Shown piece by piece: positions 1 to 11,955 of a stretch of 55,729 bases of DNA. The first letter of the stretch is position 1; the number at the start of each line of letters is the position of its first letter. The position numbers and the translations under genes are program-made. Source of the stretch: Octopus bimaculoides (taxonomy: Eukaryota); assembly GCF_001194135.2 (NCBI RefSeq), contig NC_068987.1, positions 21,888,775 through 21,944,503 on the forward strand, read 5' to 3'. The notes below the pieces were generated by a model. The model was not told the DNA's origin and did no database searches. It saw nothing but the letters and a program-made list of their open reading frames with translations.

Positions 1-215
1 GCAGACCTGTGATAAAAAAAAAAAGAAGTTATTATGACCGTGACGATACTCTCTTTTCGACTGACAATGTACACAGGATCACATAACCTAATATATCCTT
101 TATTCGTTAGGTATTCACCTTAGAAAACAAGGGTGTAGTTTGGAGGCGATTTGAACCCCTTTCTAGTTGGTCGAAACGATTATCTCTCATTTGCTGGGTC
201 ATATTAAACTCTGGA

Positions 216-261
<46 letters not shown>

Positions 262-894
262 GGGATAAAATCCAAAATTACAGGTAAAAACTCAATTAAA
301 ATCAATTTATTAAAAATTAAAATTAAGTTTCACAGTATAGATACACACACACACACATTCGCATACACACACTCATACATGCACGTGTACATACACATAC
401 ATATAGATACATATACATACATAAATACACATACAGATACACATGCACAAACATACATTCACACATATTTACATACATGCACACATATGCGTGTATATTA
501 TCTATCTATCTATCTATCTATCTGTCTGTCTATCTATCTGTCTGTCTATCTGTCTGTATGTCTGTCTATCAATCAATCTACCTGTCTGTCCATCCATCCA
601 TCTATCTGTCCATCCTACCCTTGAAACAAGTAAAAGAATAAATGAATATATAGACACACACATAAATATCAAACAATTCTTGTAACAACAACAGTTTAGC
701 TATGTTTTCACCGATTTAGTGCACCATATGCTCCTGGCATGCACACAACATGCATCTAGCATTACGCAATTGCTTTTGCACCTGTCAGTCTTTACACTAA
801 TTGACACCGATCCACCCCTACATTTAAAATACTGCTACTTCTTTCTCTTCCACCCCGACCTCTGTGCCATCCCATCACTGAATTTAAAAGACAA

Positions 895-1440
895 CATTGC
901 CACCTCTACCACCACCATCATCATCATCAGCTCCCATTTTTGGCAGGTGTATTCTCTCCATAATCTGCTCACATGACTACACCCACCCCAATGCAGCAAT
1001 CCCACCACCATCATCATTATCACTACTACTACTACTACTGTTGCTGCTGCTGCCATTACTACTACCATCACCACCATTACTGCCATCACACCATCACCTC
1101 TACTACGACTACTAGTCTCAATACAACCACTGCAACAACTACTTTTACTATCAATCCCACCACTACTAATACTAACATCACCACTATTTCTATTATTACT
1201 ACCAGCAAAGCCACATCTGCCACCACCATTATCATTACCACTGTTAACAGCACTATCATCACAACATTATCATGACCACAATCACCAGCAGCATCACTAC
1301 CATTATAACCACCATCACAACCACAGTCATCAACATCACCAACACTATCATTGATACCATCATTAACATCACCACTCTCATACCACCACCACCACCACCA
1401 CCACCACCACCATTACAACTACCACCAACATCTTCACAAG
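895..1440. repeat. Degenerate trinucleotide low-complexity array (CAC/CAT/TAC/CAA)
   Basis: Mixed CAY/CAC/ACT triplets give His/Thr/Pro-rich pseudo-ORFs. Similar arrays at about 2330-2690, 25520-25700, 28030-28500, 30340-30700, 32550-33020, 45830-46400 and 46620-46950. Confidence 0.9.
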
Positions 1441-1621
1441 TCTTTTGTTGAACACTAAAAGTAATTAAGAAACTGGCTCTCATTGTTACCCACAATGCAC
1501 ATTAATTATGGTAGTGGTGGTAGCGGTGGTAGAGGGGATGCACTGGGAGTAGTGTTAGGGGTGATGTTTGTTGCAGTGGTGGTATTGGTAATAGTTACGT
1601 TGATGTAATAGTTGTAGCAAT

Positions 1622-2026
1622 AGGCGTGGCTGTATGGTAAGAAGTTTAATTCCCAAAAGCATGATTCCGGGTTCAGTCCCACTGCATGGCACCTTGAGCA
1701 AGTATCTTCTACTATAACCTTGGGTCGACCAAAGTCTTGTGAATTGATTGGGTAGACAGAAACTGAAAGTAAACCATCGTGTGTACGTGTCTACACACAC
1801 ACACACACATCTATCTATCTATATATATATATGGTGACCGGTAATAAAGTCACAGGAAAAAAAAAGTCACAATTTTGGCTAGGGAGGGATCCAGACAAAA
1901 CTCCTTGGACAAAACCCCCATGACTTTATTACTGTGACTTTTTTACCTGGATATAAACACACACACACACACACACAACTTTGAAGTTTTGGCCAGCTAA
2001 GCCATTGTCACACATATATATATATG

Positions 2027-2098
<72 letters not shown>

Positions 2099-2328
2099 TG
2101 CACGCGCATGTGTGTATGTGTCTGTGTTTGCCTTCCACTACCACTTGACAACTGGTGTTAGTGAGTTTACATCCCTGTAATGTAGCAGTTCGGCAAAAGA
2201 GACTGATAGAACAAATACCAGACATTTAAAAAAACAAAGTATATTCTGAGGTTGATTCATTTCACTAAAATTCTTCAAGGCAAAGCCCCAGAATGTTTGC
2301 AGACTAATGACTGCAAAAAGTAAAAGAT
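1622..2328 (+). mobile_element. tRNA-derived SINE family A (my label), older copy with internal microsatellite and nested MITE
   Basis: A-box-like TGGCTGTATGG and B-box-like GGTTCAGTCCC; CTTCTACTATA core; 3' body CGGCAAAAGAGACTGATAGAA; AAAAG-rich tail. Homologous to the 9435 and 37731 copies. Confidence 0.85.
1838..1950. mobile_element. Small MITE-like element with repeated subterminal AAAGTCAC motifs
   Basis: Left CCGGTAATAAAGTCACAGGAAAAAAAAAGTCAC is inverted relative to right TGACTTTATTACTGTGACTTTTTTACCTGG. Confidence 0.7.
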
Positions 2329-2535
2329 GTTGGTGACAGTGGAAGTTGTAGTATTGGCTATGGTAGTGGTGGTTGTGGCAGTAATGGCTGTAGCGGTAGT
2401 GGTATGAAGTGGTTATAGTTGTTGTGTGGGTAGAAGTAGTAATCATTGCTGCAGTGGTAGCTGTGTAGTAATGGCTGTAGTGGCAGTGGTAGAGGTAGCA
2501 ATGTCATTGTAGTAGTGGTGATAGCAATGCTCATT

Positions 2536-2587
<52 letters not shown>

Positions 2588-3194
2588 AAATGGTAGTGAT
2601 AGTAATGGCTGTTGTAGTTGTCGTCATGACACTAATGGTTGTTGTTGTGGTGGTGGTGGTGGTTGTTGTTGTATGAAGTGGTCATGTTGATTTCTGCCAC
2701 TTCCTCATCTTCATAATTTCCTTCCCATTGCTGTATATAGAACATTGCTCAATCCATCTTTGGATCATTCTATTAGCATATCGCAATTTCTATGCAAACA
2801 GATTGTTAACCTTTCGGAACCCTTTTACAATTATTCTGAATTTCTACATTCTCAATTCAAATCCTGCTGAAGTTAAATTTGCTTTTCATCTTTTCTGAGT
2901 CAACAGAACCATATCAATCCTGAGTGATAGACTGGTAGAACTGAAAGAATATGTCAAAACCACAAATGATCCTCAATATAAGAGCTGACGATGGGATGTC
3001 TATGTTTATTTTCGTAATATCTTTCTTGTAATGGTTGTTTATGTTGTTGTATTTTTGCTTCATTACTTTGTGTAGTTTTCTGTTTTTCAGCATTTTCCTG
3101 TTATCCCTAATTGTAGTCTTAAGTTTAGAGGGTTCTTTCACAGTATTGTAAAGATCAAAATCTGTTTTGTCATGTAAGTCACAGAAATACCATA

Positions 3195-3850
3195 TATGAC
3201 TGCACTAATTTATAAGCTGGAATATGATCTTGCACAACTATCACTCATGGCTATCTTAATTTTGCAACATCTACTAAGTTATAACTTATATCATTCATAC
3301 TAACAGGAGATATGACTGTACTAACTAAAAACTTAGGACTATTATACCCTGGCATAACTGTCAATAATGATTATATCAAATTTGTAATATCTACAATTTT
3401 GGCACAGGGTCAGCAGTTTTTGAGGGGAGGGGGAAATTGATTAGATTGACACCAATACTTGACTGGTACTTATTTTATTGACTTTGAAAGGATGAGAGGC
3501 AAAGATGACCTTGGCAGAATTTGAACTCAGAGCATAATGACTGATGAAATGCCACCAAGCATTTTGTCTGACATGCTAAAAGTTCTGCTAACTTGCCACC
3601 TTATAACTGATGATGATGATGATGATGATGACAACACCGGAAATGACTGTACTAATTTATCAGTTATGACTATATTAAAATTGCAATATCTACCAGGTTA
3701 TAACTGATATCATTCACAGTACATTAGATATATGTAACCACAATCTATTAGTTATAACAAGAATGAATAATAGACTTTATCAGTGATGCCTACAATAAGA
3801 AGCAGTAGCTACCAGTTATGACCGGATTAAAACATACAGCTCACCAGTAA
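3195..3850. repeat. Highly degenerate tandem array interrupted by a family D SINE
   Basis: Recurrent motifs TATGACTGYACTAA (3195, 3312, 3643) and CTACYARGTTATRAC (about 3270, 3690, 3810). Confidence 0.45.
3395..3602 (-). mobile_element. tRNA-derived SINE family D, older copy
   Basis: GAAAGGATGAGAGGCAAAGATGACCTTGGCAGAATTTGAACTCAG matches the reverse complement of the young copy at 33281. Confidence 0.85.
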
Positions 3851-4269
3851 TAATGGTGCTTAGTCTTACTGCCATCTAGTTGACAGCAGGGACCAACAGT
3901 AGCAACCATTTACTTCTGTATTCAGATATACTTGGTGAGTTCTACAGACAGATATTGATTTAGTTGTGTCAAAGAAATATGTGATACCATTCCATAGAAC
4001 TTTTGCTTTGATCTCATCATCATCAATCAAAACTGATTCACAACTAAACTGGCATTTTCAGATATGATTGTACCTACCACCACCCAACAAATATTTTCTT
4101 TATATGTAAATCTATTCAAGATTCATTTTTTCCATTCATTTATTTCATACAGACATTGATCATATCCCCCAACTAATTTCTAATAAGTTGTTGAGCACTC
4201 TCGGTTAATGAATGCCTTAATTAGTCATATAATGACGTGCCATGTGAGGTTTGAGTGTGTCTCTTTACC

Positions 4270-4305
<36 letters not shown>

Positions 4306-4344
4306 CTATCTATCTATCTATCTAATAATAATAATAAGTATAAA

Positions 4345-4548
4345 TATGGCCTAGTGGTTAGGGCATTGCACTCATGAATCACAAGATCATGGTTTCAATT
4401 CCTAGACCAGGTGCTGCATTGTGTTTTTGAATAAAATACTTCATCTCACATTGCTCTGATATATGGTGCACTGTGCAATGTCAATTTGATTGAGGGTGAG
4501 CTATTTTACAGTGCATACATTTGTTCACTATGAACAACTCATTTGTGC
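4345..4548 (+). mobile_element. tRNA-derived SINE family E, older copy
   Basis: A-box TGGCCTAGTGG and B-box-like GGTTTCAATTCC; TGTGTTTTTGA...TTCATCTCACATTGCTC core homologous to the 35695 copy. Confidence 0.7.
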
Positions 4549-4860
4549 NNNNNNNNNNNNNNNNNNNNNNNNNNNNNNNNNNNNNNNNNNNNNNNNNNNN
4601 NNNNNNNNNNNNNNNNNNNNNNNNNNNNNNNNNNNNNNNNNNNNNNNNNNNNNNNNNNNNNNNNNNNNNNNNNNNNNNNNNNNNNNNNNNNNNNNNNNNN
4701 NNNNNNNNNNNNNNNNNNNNNNNNNNNNNNNNNNNNNNNNNNNNNNNNNNNNNNNNNNNNNNNNNNNNNNNNNNNNNNNNNNNNNNNNNNNNNNNNNNNN
4801 NNNNNNNNNTGCATTGTTGTCTTTGTATTTTGTGTTCTTGTCTTTGCATTTATATATATA

Positions 4861-5147
4861 CATCATCATCATCATCATCATCGTTTAACGTCCGCTTTCC
4901 ATGCTAGCATGGGTTGGACGACTTGACTGAGGACTGGTGAAACCGGATGGCAACACCAGGCTCCAATCTAAATTTGGCAGAGTTTCTACAGCTGGATGCC
5001 CTTCCTAACGCCAACCACTCAGAGAGTGTAGTAGGTGCTTTTACGTGTCACCTGCACGAAGGCCAGTCAGGCGATACTGGCAACGGCCACGCTCGAAATG
5101 GTGTCTTTTATGTGCCACCCGCACAAGCCAGTCCAGGGGCACTGGCA
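4861..5147 (-). mobile_element. RTE-LINE 3' end (family B), young 5'-truncated copy with (GAT)n tail
   Basis: Near-identical to the copies at 9202, 39128, 55074 and 55573. The same sequence follows the RTE ORF at 24790-25070. Confidence 0.9.
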
Positions 5148-5300
5148 GGTTTCACTTTTGACATGGTTTGTACAATTGGATGTCCTTCCTAACATCAACC
5201 ACATTACAACGTATACAGGGTGTATCTTAGCAAATATATAGAAGGTCACATAATACATACAGAGGCATAATATGCAGTTGTTGTGACAGGACCAGCTCAC

Positions 5301-5459
5301 AGTGGTGTCTTATTCCTATTGAGACAACTGTAGAAGTTCTTAGTTAAGAACAAGCCACAGTATCTAGTATTTGTTGATCTATACAAGGGCTCTAGCAGGA
5401 TAATATGCTTTGTTGTTTGGTAGTCAATAAGGCAGCAAGGTGTTGATGAAAGTTTGTGA
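5301..5459 (+). pseudogene. Degraded RTE reverse transcriptase fragment
   Basis: Translates as LFLLRQL*KFLVKNKPQYLVFVDLYKGSSRIICFVVW*SIRQQGVDE. This matches the RT region LVRQLQEKY..KNKPLY..FVDLEKAFDRVP. Confidence 0.65.
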
Positions 5460-5803
5460 AAATGGAAGTTAAAATATTCAAGTGGTTATTGCAGTAGGTG
5501 CTATACAGAATGAACTTAAATACACACAACGAACACATATAACACTATATACATACATGTATCTTGTGTTAACAATGCTACCAATGGTTTCATGTGAAAA
5601 GATCTTCACAATTGTTCATGCATGTCACATGGAAGTGTTGGTACTTGTCGCCATTTTGGATGGGAATACTCCCATCTAAAATGGAAACAAACACCAAGAT
5701 TTAATATGACATGCTTGAACAATTGGTAGCCTTATTGACACACAAATAAAGAATGTTTATCCACCAATGCGACGTTGAGCACTCATTGTCAGTGTTTGAT
5801 ATT

Positions 5804-5931
<128 letters not shown>

Positions 5932-6201
5932 TACACACACACACACATATACATACATATATACATACATACACATATATGCACATACACACAGTCATGC
6001 ACACATATCATCATTATTTTAGTGTTCACTTTTCTATGCCTGTATAAGTCAAATGGTATTTGTTGGGGCAAATTTTTTACTGCTGGACATGTTTTCCTTT
6101 TAGATTGGCAACAAACAACATCACTTATACAATGGTAACATCCCACAATGTCAAGATAAGGAGACTCAAAAGCACCCCACACACATACACACATACCCCA
6201 C

Positions 6202-6232
<31 letters not shown>

Positions 6233-6954
6233 GATGGCTTCTTTCAGGCTTTTGTATACCATATCCACTCACAAAGCTTTGGTTGGTCCTGGGCTGTTGT
6301 AGAAAATACCGGATCTTTGAACATATGGTCCGGAAATAAACTTAACGACACAGTGCCCCCACCACACACACACACACAAATATATAGGTACAGGTTTAAG
6401 AAAATTCACCGTAAGCACATTTGTTGAGAATATATTAGCTGAAAGACAGTCACAGAATTCACCGATGATATAGTCATAAAAAGACAATTTAATTGAAAGA
6501 CAAATTTACTGCAAGCATATTAGCTGAAAATAACATTGAACAATCATAAAAATTTTACTATTTTGCAAAACATTGGTTAAAAAAAAAATAGGGTGATGAT
6601 TTATCAATATCTGAATCATCTGCTATTATGTCTTAAAGTCCTAAAATTTAGAAATTGTTAATTTACAAATCAGGACTTTCTGCACATAAACTGCAAAAAT
6701 TTGATATCAGACTGAGGCAGTTATTTACGATAATAATTTAATACAAATATTTGTGTCACAAAATCATTACTGTCCTTCAGAAAGACATGCTGGATATATT
6801 GTATTTAATTGAGGTCAACTACTTATGCATTAGTCAAATACTAGTGTCCATTGATTGCCTTGGTCAAGTGCCAATGTTAGAAATAGTTGTTATAAGGGTA
6901 ATGTGTGGCGTGGCAATGAATTAGTGTAGCAGTAGCAGCATTTAATATTTGTCA

Positions 6955-7110
6955 TTCATTCTAACATTGTTTGGATGGTTTTAACAGGATTCAACAAGTC
7001 AGAGGACTCCAATATCTGCTTCGGCATGATTTCTATATCTGGATGTCATTCCTAACACCAACCACTTTACAGAGTGTCCTGGGCACTTTTAACATGACAC
7101 CAGAACCTAG
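6955..7110 (-). mobile_element. Old B-like RTE 3'-end copy
   Basis: TTTCTATATCTGGATGTCATTCCTAACACCAACCACTTTACAGAGTGT is homologous to the family B core. Confidence 0.65.
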
Positions 7111-7189
7111 TGAGGTAATCAAATAGCTCTCATGACAAGGGAAAAGACTCCTCCACTGACTGGGGTTAAGAGACTAAAGCATGATAGAG

Positions 7190-7620
7190 GGATATCTTAA
7201 GACATGGGCACACTGGGCAGTTGCCTAGGGGCTCTCATGGGTCTAGGACAGTGGTTCTCAACTGGAGTCCATATGGCCCTTGGGGGTCCACATAAGATTT
7301 TTTGTTAATATTTCTGAGCAATAAATAGCTTATACTCCTACAATACACCAAATATTTTAACAATTTAAAAAAACACAATTCCTAATAATATTTAATAATA
7401 AAAATATAACAGGATTTTTATAAACATTGAATGACTGGGAGGGCCCACCACAGTAAAATAAGAATCAAAGGGGTCCATAGATAAAAAAATGATTGAGAAC
7501 CGTTGCTCTAAGGGCCCAATTCTAATCTATGTATCCTGCAGTTTGCTGTCAATGAATAAATACCAAAGGGCCCACTACACTGATTTGCCCACAAGCCCAT
7601 AATGCAGCTAAGATGGTTCT
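7190..7620. mobile_element. Outer hAT-like MITE split by a nested MITE
   Basis: Degenerate ends TATCTTAAGAC / GCTAAGATGGTTCTG. The right part is homologous to 33665-33780 (opposite strand). Confidence 0.6.
7249..7505. mobile_element. hAT (Charlie-type) MITE
   Basis: TIRs CAGTGGTTCTCAA / TTGAGAACCGTTG. Degenerate 8-bp flanks GTCTAGGA / CTCTAAGG resemble the Charlie NTCTAGAN target. Confidence 0.85.
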
Positions 7621-7861
7621 GGCACAGGTATTTTTTTTCCTACAGAAGTGATATATGGCTACCTCGTATTACACAGTAAGGAACAAAATAGTCAGTAGCA
7701 CTAAGTTACAACTCTATAGTTTCTGTGATCAAATCCAACCATAGCTGTCTTCGCCTGTCATGCTTCATGGGCAGATAAAATACAGGTTCAACAAATTGAT
7801 TACATTCTGCCTTACAAAAAAAAAAAAAAAAAAAAAAAAAAAACCAGGTCATGTGATTGCT

Positions 7862-8220
7862 TTCACATTTATTGGTTTCAGTCATTGGACTGTGGCCATT
7901 CTGGGGCACCACTTTTAAAGGTATACTTGAACAAATTACCCCCAATATTTAATGATTTAAAGACTGATACTTACTCTCTCAGTCTCAACCACAAAGTTAT
8001 AGGGGATATAAACAAACCAATACTGGTTATCAAGCAGTGGCAGGGGGAACAAGCAACTTAAACATAGACACATATACATAGATACACACACACACACACA
8101 CACAAACCACACACGCATATATGTACATGCATGCACACACACATGTATGCATGCACACACACACAACAGGCTTCTTTCGGTTTCCATCTACCAAATCTAC
8201 TCAGACGGCTTTGGTTAGCC
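7862..8220 (-). mobile_element. SINE family A, old copy
   Basis: TTTCAGTCATTGGACTGTGGCCAT tail and TTCGGTTTCCATCTACCAAATCTACTCA core. Confidence 0.75.
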
Positions 8221-8289
8221 TGCCCATGCCACACACATACATGCACTCATACATTATAGAAATGTTTCTATTATACATGATGTGTTAAA

Positions 8290-8556
8290 GCCGCTCCTCA
8301 TGGTGAAGGGGATTGGCTTACAAGAGTCCTGGGCCAGTGTTATGTAAAAAAGCACTCATGCCAGTGCGATGTGGAAGAGCACTCGTGCGGTGCCATGTTA
8401 AAAGCACCCAGCACACACTGTAAAGTGGTTGGCATTAGGAAGGGTGTCCAGCCATGCCAAATCAGACTGGAGCCTGGTGCAGCTTCCCAGCTTGCCAGCC
8501 CTGGTCAAACTATCCAACCCATGCCAGCATGGAAAACAGACATTAAATGATGACAA
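8290..8556 (+). mobile_element. Old B-like RTE 3'-end subfamily copy
   Basis: AAAAGCACCCAGCACACACTGTAAAGTGGTTGGCATTAGGAAGGG...CCATGCCAGCATGGAAAACAGACATTAAATGATG. A similar copy lies at 31700-31945. Confidence 0.8.
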
Positions 8557-9201
8557 TACATGTAAGTATGCATGCTTGTGTGTGTGTGTGTGTATTAGAA
8601 ATATTCATTGCAAATACTACTAAAGGAGATAAAATATTGAAATGGTTATTGTGCCGAGTGCTAACGAAAATACACACCTAACGAACACACACATCAGTCC
8701 AATATCATGCCTGTCACCAACCCTCACTTGGTTTTCAAATAGGTTATTTTTATTCCAGAGGAATTTGAAAGTGTAGAGGTAGTAGGTGATTTGTTGACAG
8801 GAAATGTCAACAAACGCCACCAGTTGCAACCCAACCGCAAACAGTGATGTTGACATTCATAGCCAAAGCACAGCATAGCTTTCTAAACATTAACACAGAC
8901 ACACATACACACACGCATACACACACACACACGTTCATACACATACATGATAGGCCATTTTCAGTTTCTGTCTAACAAATTCCCACAAAAGCATTTCTTG
9001 GCCTGGGACTATAGTAAAAGTCACTTGCTCAAGACGCTGTGCAGTGGGCTGAACCTGAAACCATGTGGCTGAGAAGTGAGCTGCCTAATCACATAGCCAA
9101 GCCTGTACCCATACACACACACACATACATGTTTATTTATTATACATTACATATAGTAGAAGACACTTGCCCAAGGTATCACACAGTGGGACTGAACCCA
9201 G

Positions 9202-9417
9202 AGTACCGCCTGACTGGCCTTCGTGCGGGTGACACGTAAAAGCACCCACTACACTCTCTGAGTGGTTGGCGTTAGGAAGGGCATCCAGCTGTAGAAACTC
9301 TGCCAAATCAGATTGGAGGCTGGTGTTGCCATCTGGTTTCACCAGTCCTCAGTCAAATCGTCCAGCCCATGCTAGCATGGAAAGCGGACGTTAAACGATG
9401 ATGATGATGATGATGAT
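9202..9417 (+). mobile_element. RTE 3' end (family B), young 5'-truncated copy
   Basis: Family B core plus (GAT)n tail. Confidence 0.9.
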
Positions 9418-9434
9418 ATATATATATAAAAATA

Positions 9435-9790
9435 CAACCATATGGTTCTGGGTTCAGTCCCACTGCATGATACCTTGGGCAAGTGTCTTCTACTATAGCC
9501 TCGGGCCGACCAAAGCCTTGTGAGTGGATTTGGTAGATGGAAACTGAAAGAAGCCCATCGTATATATATGTGTGTGTGTGTATCTGTGTTTGTCCCACCC
9601 ACCATCGCTTGACAACCGATGCCGGTGTGTTTACGTCCCTGTAACTTAGTGGTTTGGCAAAAGAGTCCAATAGAATAAGTACTAGGCTTACAAAGTATTA
9701 GTCCTGGATCGATTGTTCGACTAAAAGCAGTGCTTGAGCATGGCTGCAGTCAAATGACTGTAGCAAATAAAAGAATAAAAGAATAAAAGA
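9435..9790 (+). mobile_element. SINE family A, 5'-clipped
   Basis: B-box GGTTCAGTCCC, core and 3' body, (AAAAGAAT)n tail. Confidence 0.9.
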
Positions 9791-10145
9791 ATATTTGTGT
9801 GTGCATATGTACTTGTATGTATATAAGTATGAAGTGCTTGTGTGTGTATGTGTGAACCAATTTGTTGAGTTACATCTATTTATGTTAAAAAAAAAATAAA
9901 AGGTCAACTTAGCAAGATGATAGAGGCAGATAAAGTAAGTAACACACTGACATATATTAAAATCAATATGACTAACTAAAATCATTGAAAATACCGCCAC
10001 ACAGCATGAACATAAACGAATGATTGAAACTGAGACCTGTTGCAGAATGGTATACGGAAATATTTATGCCTTGGTGCAATACAGATGAGACCTACACACA
10101 AATATATAAATATGGTACCTCAAAAATGACATGTTCATATATATA

Positions 10146-10181
<36 letters not shown>

Positions 10182-10433
10182 NNNNNNNNNNNNNNNNNNN
10201 NNNNNNNNNNNNNNNNNNNNNNNNNNNNNNNNNNNNNNNNNNNNNNNNNNNNNNNNNNNNNNNNNNNNNNNNNNNNNNNNNNNNNNNNNNNNNNNNNNNN
10301 NNNNNNNNNNNNNNNNNNNNNNNNNNNNNNNNNNNNNNNNNNNNNNNNNNNNNNNNNNNNNNNNNNNNNNNNNNNNNNNNNNNNNNNNNNNNNNNNNNNN
10401 NNNNNNNNNNNNNNNNNNNNNNNNNNNNNNNNN

Positions 10434-10478
<45 letters not shown>

Positions 10479-11351
10479 TTATTTATATATATGTGTGTGT
10501 GTGTGTAAAAGTAAGCTACAAGGATCAAGGTGTAGGAAGTTAGTAAGCTTTGAACAGCCTGTAGAAGATATAGAAAACTTCCAGGAGCAACATTGGTTTA
10601 TTGATGTAGAAGGTTGTAAAACTATATACATAAGCACACATACGTAAATACATATACAACCAAATTCATACCTTGTTATGAAGTTATACACACACACACA
10701 AACACACACACACAAACACAGAAATATGACGGATAGGTCACACATCCATACATATATACATATGAAAACAGGCTGTTCATGTAAACACACATAGGTACAT
10801 AATGCTATAAAAATTATGTATCACATATACATACATGCACACTCAAACTTACATATTAATTTAAGAAACACAATTACATAAATATTATACATATACATAC
10901 ATGTACATGCATATATGTGCATGCAATAGATACACATGTATATACATACATGCACACACAGAGACACACAGATATAAAGAACATCAGTGATATGAATAGT
11001 TACGGGTATATATATATATGTTCACAAATACACATACAAACAAATGTATAATAAACACTATAATAAAAATATAAAAATGGGTGGTATAAAAAATTATACA
11101 CATCTATGCACACCACACACACACAAATACTAACTACCCCAATCACCACCACTACCACCACTGTCATAATCACCACCACCATAAAATACAATATAAGGTT
11201 ACTAAAAGCTAACAAGAGGTTTCAAACCATGGCCTACATTTCGGCAACACACACATGCTCTTACCTGTTCTCACACACACACACACACACACACACATGC
11301 CTGCACATGCACTCCACTAACTATCCTCTCACATACACCCTTATACATTTT

Positions 11352-11435
<84 letters not shown>

Positions 11436-11475
11436 GAGGGCCCCAATCACATACACACAACCACATGCATATATA

Positions 11476-11700
11476 CAGGGTGAACCAAAAGTAGGTGGAC
11501 AGTAAATGATAACTTTTATTTTGAGATCACATACTAATACAACTAAATTTTGATAAAACAATTATTACATGTACAATTAAATTTTATTGTATACAATAAT
11601 ACAATACAAAAGCACTGAAAATTTTATCAACACAAGTTAGACTATAAGCCTAACACAAACCCTATCCAACCTACTGTCCGCCTACTTTTGGTTCACCCTG
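11476..11700. mobile_element. Tc1/mariner MITE, 225 bp
   Basis: 29-bp TIRs CAGGGTGAACCAAAAGTAGGYGGACAGTA with one mismatch, flanked by TA on both sides. Confidence 0.93.
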
Positions 11701-11759
<59 letters not shown>

Positions 11760-11913
11760 AACCATATATATGCATACACACATGCATAAATACACAACAC
11801 ACGCAAATGCACATTTACATACAACCCATATCTTAACATACAACATACACATATAAACACATGTATACAAGCACACACGCTCGCACACACGCTCACACAC
11901 ACACACACACACA

Positions 11914-11955
<42 letters not shown>

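Noticed and set aside
379-2627. His/Thr/Val/Tyr-rich ORFs over (CA)n, (TA)n and trinucleotide arrays, here and throughout the window
   Set aside because: Translations of simple repeats; open in several frames on both strands with no domain signal.
4481-4926. Long ORFs spanning N gaps (also 22645-23305, 28879-29610, 30776-31780, 35813-37134, 39230-40838, 43415-45092, 53354-53902)
   Set aside because: Their length comes from X residues.
4947-5192. Recurrent peptide AEFLQLDALPNANHSESVVGAFTCH (also 9133, 24800, 39230, 54995)
   Set aside because: Antisense translation of the family B 3'UTR, not a gene family.
7817-7843. Poly(A) run as a possible retrocopy tail
   Set aside because: No nearby AATAAA, no TSD and no upstream ORF.
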